A stretch of 45,275 bases of DNA. Source: Actinomycetota bacterium (GTDB lineage: Bacteria > Actinomycetota > UBA4738 > CALAEC01). The notes under the pieces were generated by a model. That model did no database searches. It was not told the DNA's origin and saw only the letters and a list, made by a program, of their open reading frames with translations. The DNA lies in the NCBI GenBank assembly GCA_035697085.1, contig DASSDP010000140.1, positions 1-45,275 of the forward strand, given 5' to 3'. Shown here piece by piece: positions 28,317 through 38,077 of the stretch. The position numbers and the translations under genes are program-made. Positions within the stretch are counted from its first letter, which is position 1, and every line of letters starts with the position of its first letter.

Positions 28317-29006
28317 AGGGGCGGCCGGCGAGCGAACGTCCAGGTACTCGATCTCGATCTGGTTCTTCCGCGCGTATCGAAGCATCGAAGCGAGGGCCGC
28401 GTTCTTTGCGCCGAGCGACTCCGCCTCCCCGTAGAGGACCCTCGCACCGTCCTCCAGTAGCAGCTCGATCTCCTTCCCCACGGACCGCGCCTCCTCCACG
28501 GTCCGCCGAAGCGCCGGCGTCAGCGACGCTGCCACCCGGAGGGGGCCATCGAGCCCACCGGCGCGCGCCCCCACCGCGAGTGATGTCGCGGTGCTGCCCA
28601 GAGAGACGAGGCCAATAGGGGCTCCAATGCCTCGCTCTACGACGACGCCGTCACCGGCAACCGCGGCCCACCCGGCGGGGTCGCGAAGCCAGGCCACCGC
28701 GGCACGCTCGCGCACTTGAAGCACGAGCGTGGAGGGGAGGGACCGTGTGGCTTCCGCGTTCGCGATCCATGGACTGCGCATGAGCGACCGCTGGGTCTCC
28801 TCGAGGGACACCGTGAGCAGGTTGCTTCCCGTATGAGCTCCCGAGAGCTTCACCACTTCGTGGTCGGAAAGCTGTCGGTTCCCACGAACCTCGATCGTGT
28901 TGATGTCGAAGAGCGGGGACGTGAACACGACCCACGCGGAGACTCCGAGCGCGAGGACGGCCACGATCGCCGTCAAGGCCTTCGGAACTTGACGACTATC
29001 GTTCAC
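28299..29006 (-). CDS. ftsQ: Cell division protein FtsQ (POTRA domain)
   Basis: 235 aa. One N-terminal TM helix, POTRA-like FDINTIEVRGNRQLSDHEVVKLSG. Overlaps the murB end by 11 nt. Confidence 0.85.
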   Translation of the reverse strand: MNDSRQVPKALTAIVAVLALGVSAWVVFTSPLFDINTIEVRGNRQLSDHEVVKLSGAHTGSNLLTVSLEETQRSLMRSPWIANAEATRSLPSTLVLQVRERAAVAWLRDPAGWAAVAGDGVVVERGIGAPIGLVSLGSTATSLAVGARAGGLDGPLRVAASLTPALRRTVEEARSVGKEIELLLEDGARVLYGEAESLGAKNAALASMLRYARKNQIEIEYLDVRSPAAPALRPA

Positions 29007-29928
29007 CGAACTGCCCTACCAGGTGCACCTCCGGCTCCAGTTCGGTCCCGAAACGCTCTTTCACCCGTTGCTGAACCATCGTGATGAGCTGGTACACGTC
29101 CTGGGCGGTGGCTCCCGGCGTCGCCACCACGAAATTGGAATGTTTCTCGGAGACTTTTGCTCCACCAACAGAGAGGCTCTTTCCTCCGGCCGCCTCGACC
29201 AGCCGGGCCGCGTGATCGCCGGGGGGATTCTTGAACACGCTGCCGCAGTTGGGTTCGGCCAGGGGCTGCGTCGCTCGCCGCCATTCCCGAGCCTCGTCCA
29301 TGTGCGCGCGGATGTCGGCGGGATCGCCCGGGCGGAGCCGCACCGCTGCGGCCGTGACGACCCCATCCTCCGGAAGGGTGGAGCCTCGATAGGCGAACTC
29401 CACGTCATCGGCAGCGATCCACCGCTTCGTCCCCGCCCTGAGCAGGAAGATCTCGACCGTCTCCACGACCTCATCCAGGGAGTGGCCGTGGGCCCCGGCG
29501 TTCATCCGCACGCACCCTCCAAGCGAGGCCGGGATGGCCACGCCGAACTCCAGGCCGGCCAGGGCATGCGAGAGCGCCACTCCGGCCAGGGCGGGCAGCG
29601 GCATCGCCGCACCTGCCGTCAGGCGTTCACCGTTCCTGGCCGCCCATCGGAACGTGCGCCCCAGACGAAGGACCAACCCCTCGAACCCCTTGTCCGATAC
29701 CAGGAGATTGGAACCCTTCCCGATAACCACGTGGGGGATCCCCGACTCCACGATGGCCCGACCCGCCGCTGCCAGATCCGCATCCGATTCGGCCTCCAGG
29801 TACAAGGCCGCCGGACCTCCCAGGCGAAACGAGGTCAGGGCGGCAAGGGAAAAGTTCTCCCGCAGCCGAGGCTCGGCTGCTTGCCGCATGATGTTCCTGG
29901 CCACGGAGAGCGCCCCGTCCTCGCTCAT
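28996..29928 (-). CDS. murB: UDP-N-acetylenolpyruvoylglucosamine reductase MurB
   Basis: 310 aa. FAD-binding domain (TSFRLGGPA, GKGSNLLV). C-terminal GSVFKNP and SEKHSNF motifs. Confidence 0.92.
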   Translation of the reverse strand: MSEDGALSVARNIMRQAAEPRLRENFSLAALTSFRLGGPAALYLEAESDADLAAAGRAIVESGIPHVVIGKGSNLLVSDKGFEGLVLRLGRTFRWAARNGERLTAGAAMPLPALAGVALSHALAGLEFGVAIPASLGGCVRMNAGAHGHSLDEVVETVEIFLLRAGTKRWIAADDVEFAYRGSTLPEDGVVTAAAVRLRPGDPADIRAHMDEAREWRRATQPLAEPNCGSVFKNPPGDHAARLVEAAGGKSLSVGGAKVSEKHSNFVVATPGATAQDVYQLITMVQQRVKERFGTELEPEVHLVGQFGER

Positions 29929-31385
29929 GGCGCTCTCTCTGCGTGCTCCGAGCTCGCCTTCTCGAACGTGGCGCCGCCCTCCAGTCGCGCCAGCGTCTCC
30001 TCTCCCACCATCGTGATGTCACCGGCGCCGAGCGTGAGGATCAGATCGCCGGAGCGAACCTCCCCGGCGAGAAACGGGGCCACATCTGACCGCCGAGGAA
30101 GGTACACGGCGCGCTTTCCCGGCGACGCTTCCACCAGCGCATCCACCACGAGCTTCCCGCTGATCCCGGGCACCGGCAGCTCTCCGGCTCCGTAGACGTC
30201 GGTCACCACGATCATGTCGGCGCTCGACAGGCTCTCACCCAACTGGCGGGAGAGAGCCGCCGTTCGCGTGTACCGGTGCGGCTGGAAGACTGCGACGACG
30301 CGTCGCACTCTGTCGGTCCGAGCGGCATCGAGGGTGGCCGCCACCTCGACGGGATGGTGGGCGTAGTCGTCCACGAACACGGCGCCACCGGCGCTGCCGC
30401 GGCGCTCGAACCGGCGGCGAACTCCAGTGAATGCCCGCAGGGCCTCCGCCCCCTCCTCCGGCTTCACGCCGACCATGTTCCCAACGGCCAGCGCGGCCGC
30501 CGCGTTCAGCAGGTAATGGCGTCCCGGGATCGGCACCGCGACGTCCACGGTGCGACCCGCGATCGACACGCGGCATCGCCCGCCGTCGTTTGGAAGCTCG
30601 ACCGCCTCGACAACGACGTCGTTGTCGGCGCCCTCCCCATACGTGATCGCCGGCGTCCCGCTCGACTGAAGCACGCGACGCGCTGCCGCGTCATCGCCAC
30701 AGGCCACGACCGTTCCCGCCCGTCGGCAGAAGGCCACGAAGGCAGCTTCGACCTCGTCGCGATCGCTGTAGAAGTCGAGATGGTCCTCGTCCACGTTGGT
30801 CACGACCGCGATCTCGGGCGAGAGAAGCAGAAAGGAGCCGTCCGACTCGTCTGCCTCGGCGACGAAGAGATCACCCTCGCCGGAGCGAGCATTGCTGCCG
30901 CTCTCGTTGAGGTCTCCTCCGATCACGTAGGTGGGGTCGAGTCCGGCCCGCTCCAGGAGCACGGCGATCATGGAGGTCGTCGTGGTCTTTCCGTGCGTTC
31001 CCGCCACCGCGATGCCTCGCCGGTCGCGCATCAGGGCCGCGAGGACCTGGGCTCGGGCGAGCACCGGGACCTCCCGAGCACGGGCCGCCACGACCTCGGG
31101 GTTGTCGGGGGGAATGGCGGTGGACACGACCACGGCGTCTGGGCGATCGAGGTTGGCGGCCGCGTGCCCGAGGCTCACGGAAGCGCCTGCCGCCTCCAGT
31201 TGTCGGATCCCCGAGGACCCCTTGAGGTCGGATCCCGTGACGTGGACGCCTCTGGACAACAGGAGCCGAGCGATGCCGCTCATGCCCGCGCCGCCGATGC
31301 CCACCAGATGGATGGCCCGCATGGCCGACAGGTCGGGGACCGGTAGCGTGGGTATGCTCCCCGGCTTCGGCAGGTACTCGTCCAT
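29925..31385 (-). CDS. murC: UDP-N-acetylmuramate--L-alanine ligase MurC
   Basis: 486 aa. IHLVGIGGAGMSGIARLL. Mur ligase P-loop GTHGKTTTTSM. Confidence 0.93.
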   Translation of the reverse strand: MDEYLPKPGSIPTLPVPDLSAMRAIHLVGIGGAGMSGIARLLLSRGVHVTGSDLKGSSGIRQLEAAGASVSLGHAAANLDRPDAVVVSTAIPPDNPEVVAARAREVPVLARAQVLAALMRDRRGIAVAGTHGKTTTTSMIAVLLERAGLDPTYVIGGDLNESGSNARSGEGDLFVAEADESDGSFLLLSPEIAVVTNVDEDHLDFYSDRDEVEAAFVAFCRRAGTVVACGDDAAARRVLQSSGTPAITYGEGADNDVVVEAVELPNDGGRCRVSIAGRTVDVAVPIPGRHYLLNAAAALAVGNMVGVKPEEGAEALRAFTGVRRRFERRGSAGGAVFVDDYAHHPVEVAATLDAARTDRVRRVVAVFQPHRYTRTAALSRQLGESLSSADMIVVTDVYGAGELPVPGISGKLVVDALVEASPGKRAVYLPRRSDVAPFLAGEVRSGDLILTLGAGDITMVGEETLARLEGGATFEKASSEHAERAP

Positions 31386-31398
31386 GAGCCGCCCCGGC

Positions 31399-32382
31399 CT
31401 AGACGTGGTACACGTTCGTCTTCAGCTCGCTCAGATTGTGGCGTACCCAGTCCGCCGTGGCACGTAACCCCTCCTCCAGTGTGACCTCGGGCTTCCAACC
31501 CGCCCACTCGCGAGCCCTGGTGTTGTCGCATAGGAGTCGCTGCACCTCGCTCCCGGTCGGCCGAAGGCGTTCGTTCTCCACCACGATCTCCTTGCGTAGC
31601 CCCGTGACCTCGAAGAGAAACTCGATGAGTTCTCCGATGGAGATCTCTCGCCCGGAGCCGATGTTGACGACCTCCCCCGCCGCCCGGTCGGACGAGGCCA
31701 CGGCCAGGAAACCGCTCACGGTATCGCTCACGAAGTTGAAGTCCCGGGTCGGCGAAACGGCACCCACACGGATCCGGTCCGCGTCTCCGTACAGCTGGCC
31801 GAGGAGGCTCGGGATCACCGCGCGGGTCGACTGCCTCGGTCCGTAGGTGTTGAACGGTCGGACGATCGCCACGGGGAGCTCGAAGGAGTGGTGGAAGCTC
31901 ATCGCCAGCATGTCCGCTCCGATCTTCGTGGCGGAGTACGGTGACTGCGGCTGCAGCGGGTGGGTCTCGTCGATGGGGACGGACCGCGCGGTCCCGTACA
32001 CCTCGCTCGTCGAGGTGTGCACGATGCGGTCCACCCCAGCTCGGCGGCTCGAGTTGAGAATGTGGTAGGTGCCCGTGACATTCGTCTGCACGTAGCTCTC
32101 CGGCGATTCGTAGCTGTACGGGATGCCGATCAGCGCCGCCAGGTGGAAGACCACCTCCATCCCCTCCACGGCCTGGAGGACCCGCTCGCCGTCTCGAACA
32201 TCACCGGCAAGGATCTCCACATCCTGCTCGCGCCCGTGGAGCCATCCCAGGCGCCCGCTTGGGGTGTAGTGCACCAAGACACGAACCGCGGCTCCCTCGG
32301 CCAGCAGTCGATCGACGAGGTGGCTTCCGATGAAGCCGTCACCGCCCGTGACCAGCACGCGCCGTCCCCGCCAGGAGCTCAC
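31399..32382 (-). CDS. Extended-SDR NAD-dependent sugar epimerase/4,6-dehydratase family protein
   Basis: 327 aa. Rossmann VLVTGGDGFIGSHLV. Catalytic STSEVYG ... YSATK. The GTG start immediately follows the stop of the upstream nucleotidyltransferase gene. Confidence 0.85.
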   Translation of the reverse strand: MSSWRGRRVLVTGGDGFIGSHLVDRLLAEGAAVRVLVHYTPSGRLGWLHGREQDVEILAGDVRDGERVLQAVEGMEVVFHLAALIGIPYSYESPESYVQTNVTGTYHILNSSRRAGVDRIVHTSTSEVYGTARSVPIDETHPLQPQSPYSATKIGADMLAMSFHHSFELPVAIVRPFNTYGPRQSTRAVIPSLLGQLYGDADRIRVGAVSPTRDFNFVSDTVSGFLAVASSDRAAGEVVNIGSGREISIGELIEFLFEVTGLRKEIVVENERLRPTGSEVQRLLCDNTRAREWAGWKPEVTLEEGLRATADWVRHNLSELKTNVYHV

Positions 32383-33090
32383 CTAATCCTCCTCGCTCGT
32401 GGCGTACTCGTGGAGGACGTGCTCGAGGTCCTCGGGGCTTCCGACATCGAACCAGCTCTCCTTGATCGTGAAGATGCGGATGGGAAGGTCCTCATGGAGT
32501 ACCGCATCCAGCAGGTCCGGCATGTCGATCATCGAGTCGTGCGGTACGAGCCGCAGCACCTCGGGCTGGAGCATGTAGATGCCCGCGTTGCACAGGAGGT
32601 CCTGCTCCGGTTTCTCCTGGATCGACACGAGCCGGTCGCCATCCGTGCGGAGCACCGCGTAGGGGATCCGGGCCGCGTACGGAACCGCGGCGATCGTGGC
32701 CGCTCCCCCGTGCTCCTGATGAAACTCGCAGAACGCTCGATAGTCCATCCCGGTCAGGATGTCGGCGGCCATGACCAGGACCGACTTCCCTTTCACCCCG
32801 TCTTTGGGAAGCAGGGACAATGCTCCTGCGGTCCCGAGCGGTTGCCCCTCCCGCAGATACTGAAGGTTCACCCCGAGGTGATCGCCGTTTCCGAGGCGCC
32901 GCTCGAACGCGTCTGCCTTGTAGTTCACCGCGAGGTAGACGTCGTGGATTCCCGCGGACGCGAGCGAAGCGATGATGCGCTCGATGATGGAGGAGGATCC
33001 CACCCTGAGCAGCGGTTTGGGGACCTTGTCGGTGAGGGGGCGGAGCCGCTGGCCTCGGCCCCCCGCCATGATCACCGCTATCGCCGTCAT
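32383..33090 (-). CDS. Sugar-1-phosphate nucleotidyltransferase (NTP_transferase fold, short form)
   Basis: Signature MTAIAVIMAGGRGQRLRPLTDKVPKPLL at ATG 33090; the ORF is open to 33186. GTAGAL. No left-handed beta-helix tail. Confidence 0.85.
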   Translation of the reverse strand: MTAIAVIMAGGRGQRLRPLTDKVPKPLLRVGSSSIIERIIASLASAGIHDVYLAVNYKADAFERRLGNGDHLGVNLQYLREGQPLGTAGALSLLPKDGVKGKSVLVMAADILTGMDYRAFCEFHQEHGGAATIAAVPYAARIPYAVLRTDGDRLVSIQEKPEQDLLCNAGIYMLQPEVLRLVPHDSMIDMPDLLDAVLHEDLPIRIFTIKESWFDVGSPEDLEHVLHEYATSEED

Positions 33091-33198
33091 CGGAGCATCT
33101 TCGTCTCGGATCTCGCGAACCCCCTTCACGCCCGGTTTCCCGACCGCCCGGCGCTCGCGCGAGTATGTCACGCCCCTCCCCGTCACCTGCCGCGTTCC

Positions 33199-34326
33199 TC
33201 ACGCACGAGTCGTGCCCGCCAGCTTCAAGACCCAGGCCGCCAGGTCGTCGGCGGCTGAAGGTCGAGCAAGACGCTTCGCATCTGACGACATGCGGGTCAG
33301 GTTCGCCTCGTCACCAAGGAGCTTCTCGGCGATCGCTCCGATCCGGTCAGCGTCGGCCTCGGCGTCGGGAACGATGACGGCGCCACCCGCTCGCTCCAGC
33401 GGCCGGGCGTTCATCGTCTGATGGTCACGTGTTGCGTGTGGATAGGGAACGAGGATGGCGGGGAGGCCCACGGCGGCGAGCTCGGCCACCGTCCCGGCCC
33501 CGGCGCGGCACAGGGCCAGGTCGGCCGCAGCGTAGGCGAGGTCCATCCGATCGATGAACGCGACACATCGAGCGACGTCGGACGCCCCTCGACGCTCCAG
33601 TTCGGCCTGCACGGCCTGGGCGTGCCTCGCCCCGGTCTTCATGAGGATTCGGAGATCGCTCCGCTCACTCCACCTGCTTGCAAGATCAACACCGACCTCG
33701 TTGAGACGCATCGCACCGAGGCTTCCCCCGAGCACCAACAGCACCCGGGAGTGTGCCGGAAGGTCGAATGCGTCCCTGGCCTCACGCCGGAGGGAGGGGC
33801 GAGCCAGCCCGGCGATGGATGGATCGAGGGGCATCCCCACGGTCCGCGGCCGGGAGGATCGAGGGAAGAACGGCGCGGCTTCCTCGAATGCCAGGGCGAC
33901 GTGCCGGGTCAACCGGGCCGCGACCCGGTTCGACAGTCCGGGAACGGCGCCCGACTCGTGGAGCAGCGACGGAAGGCGAAGCGGGCGAGCCGCAGCGAGG
34001 ACAGGAAGGCTCGCGTAGCCACCCATCCCCACGACGGCCGCAGCACGCTCTGCTCGAAGGATCTTCTTGGCCTGTCCGGTGGCACGAACGAGCGAGACCA
34101 ACGAAGCAACGGGCCCGAGGCCGATGCGGCGCACGAACGGCTTCATGTCGACGAGGTGCAGCGCGTACCCGCGCTCCGGAATGATCGATTGCTCCAGCCC
34201 TCTCGGAGTGCCGATGAACGACACGGACGTTGCCGGGTCGCGTCGGCGCAGCGCGTCGGCAAGCGCGAGCCCGGGAAAGATGTGGCCGCCGGTGCCGCCG
34301 GCCGCGATCACGATCGTGCCTGCCAC
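33199..34326 (-). CDS. murG: Undecaprenyl-PP-MurNAc-pentapeptide GlcNAc transferase MurG
   Basis: IAAGGTGGHIFPGLALA motif. GTG 34326 lies 4 nt after the ftsW stop; the ORF-track start at 34410 overlaps ftsW. Confidence 0.92.
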   Translation of the reverse strand: MAGTIVIAAGGTGGHIFPGLALADALRRRDPATSVSFIGTPRGLEQSIIPERGYALHLVDMKPFVRRIGLGPVASLVSLVRATGQAKKILRAERAAAVVGMGGYASLPVLAAARPLRLPSLLHESGAVPGLSNRVAARLTRHVALAFEEAAPFFPRSSRPRTVGMPLDPSIAGLARPSLRREARDAFDLPAHSRVLLVLGGSLGAMRLNEVGVDLASRWSERSDLRILMKTGARHAQAVQAELERRGASDVARCVAFIDRMDLAYAAADLALCRAGAGTVAELAAVGLPAILVPYPHATRDHQTMNARPLERAGGAVIVPDAEADADRIGAIAEKLLGDEANLTRMSSDAKRLARPSAADDLAAWVLKLAGTTRA

Positions 34327-34330
34327 GGAC

Positions 34331-35608
34331 CTACCCGGCCGGTTTGCCTCGCGCGCGCCCCGACCCCGCACGTCCCCGCCCCACCGACACCAACACACCC
34401 ACGGCCGCAAGCGAGACGACGAGCGACGAGCCTCCGAACGACACGAACGGCATGGGAACGCCGGTGATGGGAAGAAGACCGGTCACGGCGCCGAGATTCA
34501 CAACGGCCTGGAGGCCGATCCAGGCGGTGATCCCCGCGGCAAGCAGCTGACCCAGCCTGTCGGGTGCTCGCAGAGCGATGCGGATCCCCGAGTAGACGAA
34601 CAGACCGAACAGCGTGAGCACCAGAAGCGCCCCGACGAGACCCAGCTCTTCCCCGATGATCGAATAGATGAAGTCCGTGTGCGCGTTGGGAAGCGCGAGC
34701 CATTTCTGGCGACTGGCCCCGAGGCCGACCCCGAACAATCCACCGGAGCCGAGACCGATGAACGACTGCAATGCCTGGTACCCGTTCCCTTGCGGATCCG
34801 CTGCCGGGTTCCCGAACGACATCAACCGTGCCCATCGGTACCCTTCCGCGTAGATCGCCGCGAACCCAAGAGCCAGGGTGGTTGCTCCGCCCAGCGCCAG
34901 GTGCTTCAGCCGTGCGCCGGCCACGAACATCATGGCGAACGCGGTCCCTCCGATGATCACGGCCGTCCCGAGATCCGGCTGGAGCAGGATCAGGGCGCAT
35001 ACGAGGCCCACGACCGGAATGATGGGGATAGCGAGGGAACGAACCTCGTGGATTCGCTTCCACCGCCTGGCCAGGACGGCGGCGACGAATGCGACCACGG
35101 CGAGCTTCGCGAACTCCGAAGGTTGCACGGTGACCGGGCCAACCGCGAGCCATCGTGAGGATCCACCCGCCACGGTCCCTGCGGCAGGGTGAAGCACCAG
35201 GGCAAGGAGGAGAACCGCGCCCAGCAGCACGGGCCCGCACAGCCGCTCCCAGGCTCGATAGCGCATCCGAGCGGTCAGGGCGCCCAGGGCCACGCCCGCC
35301 GCGGCGTACGCCACCTGCCGGTTGAAGAACAGGAAGCTCGAGCCGAACCGGTCGAAGGCGGAGACCGACGAGGCGGACAGGACCATCGCCAGCCCGATCA
35401 GAAGGAGGGAGGCGGTGGCCACCAACAGGAGTGCGACCGCACGGTCCGGAGCTCCCGCACTACGGGGAGTGGGGCGCCGCTTAGGACGCTCCCCCGGTTG
35501 CACCACTCGGAGGCGGGCCTTGGACGGTTGCTTTCTCGCGTGCCCTCGCTTGGCGTCGCCTCGGCCTGTCTTGCGGGTCGACCGTCGCGTGGCCGTCGTA
35601 CTAGGCAC
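34331..35608 (-). CDS. ftsW: SEDS-family peptidoglycan glycosyltransferase FtsW
   Basis: Multi-TM SEDS sequence (PSEFAKL, TDFIYSIIGEELG). The GTG at 35608 overlaps the murD stop (GTGCCTAG). The ORF-track extension to 35767 overlaps murD. Confidence 0.9.
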   Translation of the reverse strand: MPSTTATRRSTRKTGRGDAKRGHARKQPSKARLRVVQPGERPKRRPTPRSAGAPDRAVALLLVATASLLLIGLAMVLSASSVSAFDRFGSSFLFFNRQVAYAAAGVALGALTARMRYRAWERLCGPVLLGAVLLLALVLHPAAGTVAGGSSRWLAVGPVTVQPSEFAKLAVVAFVAAVLARRWKRIHEVRSLAIPIIPVVGLVCALILLQPDLGTAVIIGGTAFAMMFVAGARLKHLALGGATTLALGFAAIYAEGYRWARLMSFGNPAADPQGNGYQALQSFIGLGSGGLFGVGLGASRQKWLALPNAHTDFIYSIIGEELGLVGALLVLTLFGLFVYSGIRIALRAPDRLGQLLAAGITAWIGLQAVVNLGAVTGLLPITGVPMPFVSFGGSSLVVSLAAVGVLVSVGRGRAGSGRARGKPAG

Positions 35609-37016
35609 GGGCGGCCCCCCTGTGGTCCTGAACCGCTCGAGCCGCCGAGGCGAAGCGCTCGCCGCGTTCCGCGTAGTCGGTGAACATGTCCTGGCTGGCA
35701 CAGGCCGGTGCCAGCAGCACCGTCCCGCCGGGTTGAGCCAGGTCGAACGCCTGGGCGACGGCCTCATCGATCGAGCTGGCCAATCGGACTGGGGTCAGGC
35801 CGCGGAATACCGCCGCAACTTCCTTCGCCGCTTCTCCGATGGCCACCACGGCCTCGATCCGCGGCGCCGCCGAGGCCAGCGGCGCAAGGTCCACTCCCTT
35901 GCTCAATCCGCCGGCGATCAACACGACCCGCTCGTGACCCTGGATGGACGCCAGAGCTGCGTGCGGGTTGGTCGCCTTGGAATCGTCGACGAATCGGACT
36001 CCCGCGATCTCAGCCACTAGGTCGCCGCGATGCGGGAGTGGCCGAAAGCGTCGGAGCGCCTCGGCCACTTCCTGTGCCGGCAGACCGAACGAGATGGCCG
36101 CGGCAGCTGCGGCCGCAACGTTTGCCAGGAGCCACGGCGTCTGCCACGGCATCGGACCGAGGTCTCGCTCTTCGTCCAGCCGGCTGACGAGGTGGCCGCC
36201 GACGTAGCCGACTTCGCCGTCCCGGGGTTCCGCGAGCGTGAACCAGACCAAGCGGCAGGACGCCTCTCGGGAAACCTCGGCGGCCTGGGCGTCGTCCCTG
36301 TTTCCCACGTGGACGTCGTCGCCGCGCTGCAATTCGAAGATCCGCCGTTTGGAATCCCGGTACGCCTCGAAGGTTCCGTGCCAGTCGAGATGGTCGGGAG
36401 CGAGGTTCAGGAGGACCGAGACGCGTGGGTGGAAGCTCCGGTGGAAGCGAAGCTGGAAAGACGACACCTCCACCGACAGGGCGGCGTGGTTCTCCCCCGC
36501 GGCGACGGAGAACGGATAGCCGACGTTGCCGCAGGAGATGGCGTCGAGCCCGGCGGTTCGCATGGCCCCCGCGATCATCTCTGTGGTCGTGGTCTTCCCG
36601 TTCGTTCCGGTCACTGCGACGTAGGGGCAGTGCGCCAGCCGCGCTCCGAGCTCGAGCTCGCTCCAGATCGGGATGCCTCGCTTCCGGGCCCACATCAGCA
36701 CCGGGGCTCCGTCGGGAACCCCCGGACTCGTCACCACCAGGTCGGCCTCCTCGAGATCTGACGGCCGGTGCCCTCCCGCCGCCACGCGAACGCCGGCGCC
36801 CTCGAGCCGTCCGGCCTCCTCCGCCACCTCCTCCCGCGGCCGGCTCTCCGTGACCAGCACGGCCGCGCCTCGCGCAGCCAGGGCCAGGGCCGCAGCCATC
36901 CCACTCGACGCCAGTCCCACGACCACGACGTTCTGGCCAGCGCCCGGAACCGCTCCCTTGGCAAGAGCCGCTTCGTTCGAAGAGGGGCGATCTCGGTCGC
37001 GCGCCAACGGGCTCAC
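35601..37016 (-). CDS. murD: UDP-N-acetylmuramoylalanine--D-glutamate ligase MurD
   Basis: 471 aa. VVVVGLASSGMAAA Rossmann-like N-domain. P-loop GTNGKTTTT. GTGA overlap with the mraY stop. Confidence 0.92.
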   Translation of the reverse strand: MSPLARDRDRPSSNEAALAKGAVPGAGQNVVVVGLASSGMAAALALAARGAAVLVTESRPREEVAEEAGRLEGAGVRVAAGGHRPSDLEEADLVVTSPGVPDGAPVLMWARKRGIPIWSELELGARLAHCPYVAVTGTNGKTTTTEMIAGAMRTAGLDAISCGNVGYPFSVAAGENHAALSVEVSSFQLRFHRSFHPRVSVLLNLAPDHLDWHGTFEAYRDSKRRIFELQRGDDVHVGNRDDAQAAEVSREASCRLVWFTLAEPRDGEVGYVGGHLVSRLDEERDLGPMPWQTPWLLANVAAAAAAAISFGLPAQEVAEALRRFRPLPHRGDLVAEIAGVRFVDDSKATNPHAALASIQGHERVVLIAGGLSKGVDLAPLASAAPRIEAVVAIGEAAKEVAAVFRGLTPVRLASSIDEAVAQAFDLAQPGGTVLLAPACASQDMFTDYAERGERFASAARAVQDHRGAARA

Positions 37017-38077
37017 GGGACCCCGCCCCGGGTCAGGAAGTCCGCATAGAAGAGACCGAGGCCGAACACGACGGCGAGTCCGGCGATGATCCAGAACCGG
37101 ACGATCACGGTGAACTCGTGCCAGCCAAGAACTTCGAAGTGGTGATGGATCGGAGCCATCCTGAACAGCCGCCGGTGGAACACTCGGAACGAGACGACCT
37201 GAAAGATGACCGAGGTCGTCTCCAGGACGTACAGCCCCCCCAGGATCACCAGAAGCAACTGGGTATTCGTGGCGATGGCCAGCGCAGCCATCAGCCCACC
37301 GATGGCCAGCGATCCCGTGTCACCCATGAAGATCCGGGCCGGCGCGGCGTTCCACCACAGGAAGCCGGCGATCGCCCCCATCGCCCCGGAAGCCACGATC
37401 GCAAGATCCAGCGCCGTATCCACGTCGACCCCGTAGCAGCCGGGCCCCGGATTGGCCACGCACGTGTGACGGAACTGCCAGAACGAGATGATCACGTAGG
37501 CACCCATCACCATGGCGCCCGATCCTGAGGCCAGGCCGTCGAGGCCGTCCGTGAGGTTCACGGCGTTGGCTGTTGCTGCCAGCATCAGGAAGACCCACAG
37601 GAGAAAGATCACCGTCCCCAGCTCGACGCCGGTCTCCCTGATGAACGAGAGCTCGGTGGAGGCTGTGGTCAGCCGGGTGAGTGCGAGTCCGAACAGGACG
37701 GCGACAAACCCCTGTCCGGCGAGCTTCGCCGCCTTTCCCAGCCCCAGGGAGTGCCGATCGGCTCTCCTGATCTTCAGGAAGTCGTCGATGAACCCCACCA
37801 GCCCGAGGCCCGCGGCGGCGCCGATGACCAGGACCGCGGTACGGGTGAACGGACCGATCGTCAGGGCGGTCACCAGATACGCGAACGTGAGGCCGCCGAT
37901 GATCACCACCCCGCCCATCGTGGGCGTCCCCATCTTCTCGATGTGTTGCGGGTAGTGCGGGCCGGGTTCTCTCACCCGCTGTCCCCATCCCAGCACGCGG
38001 AACAGGCGGATGGCCACGGGGGTGCCCAGTAGCGTGGCGAACAATCCAATGGCCGCTGCCACGAGGATCGCGGTCAC
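37013..38077 (-). CDS. mraY: Phospho-N-acetylmuramoyl-pentapeptide transferase MraY
   Basis: 354 aa, polytopic. Motifs TPTMGG, NLTDGLDGLA, FMGDTGSLAIGG, PIHHHFE. Confidence 0.95.
   Translation of the reverse strand: MTAILVAAAIGLFATLLGTPVAIRLFRVLGWGQRVREPGPHYPQHIEKMGTPTMGGVVIIGGLTFAYLVTALTIGPFTRTAVLVIGAAAGLGLVGFIDDFLKIRRADRHSLGLGKAAKLAGQGFVAVLFGLALTRLTTASTELSFIRETGVELGTVIFLLWVFLMLAATANAVNLTDGLDGLASGSGAMVMGAYVIISFWQFRHTCVANPGPGCYGVDVDTALDLAIVASGAMGAIAGFLWWNAAPARIFMGDTGSLAIGGLMAALAIATNTQLLLVILGGLYVLETTSVIFQVVSFRVFHRRLFRMAPIHHHFEVLGWHEFTVIVRFWIIAGLAVVFGLGLFYADFLTRGGVP

Noticed and set aside
33091-33186. 32-codon extension of the nucleotidyltransferase ORF
   Set aside because: The family signature (M-x-A-[IV]-[IV]-x-A-G-G-x-G-x-R-L) starts at ATG 33090, and the upstream residues resemble nothing. 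The longer start cannot be fully excluded, since it would close the gap to murG.
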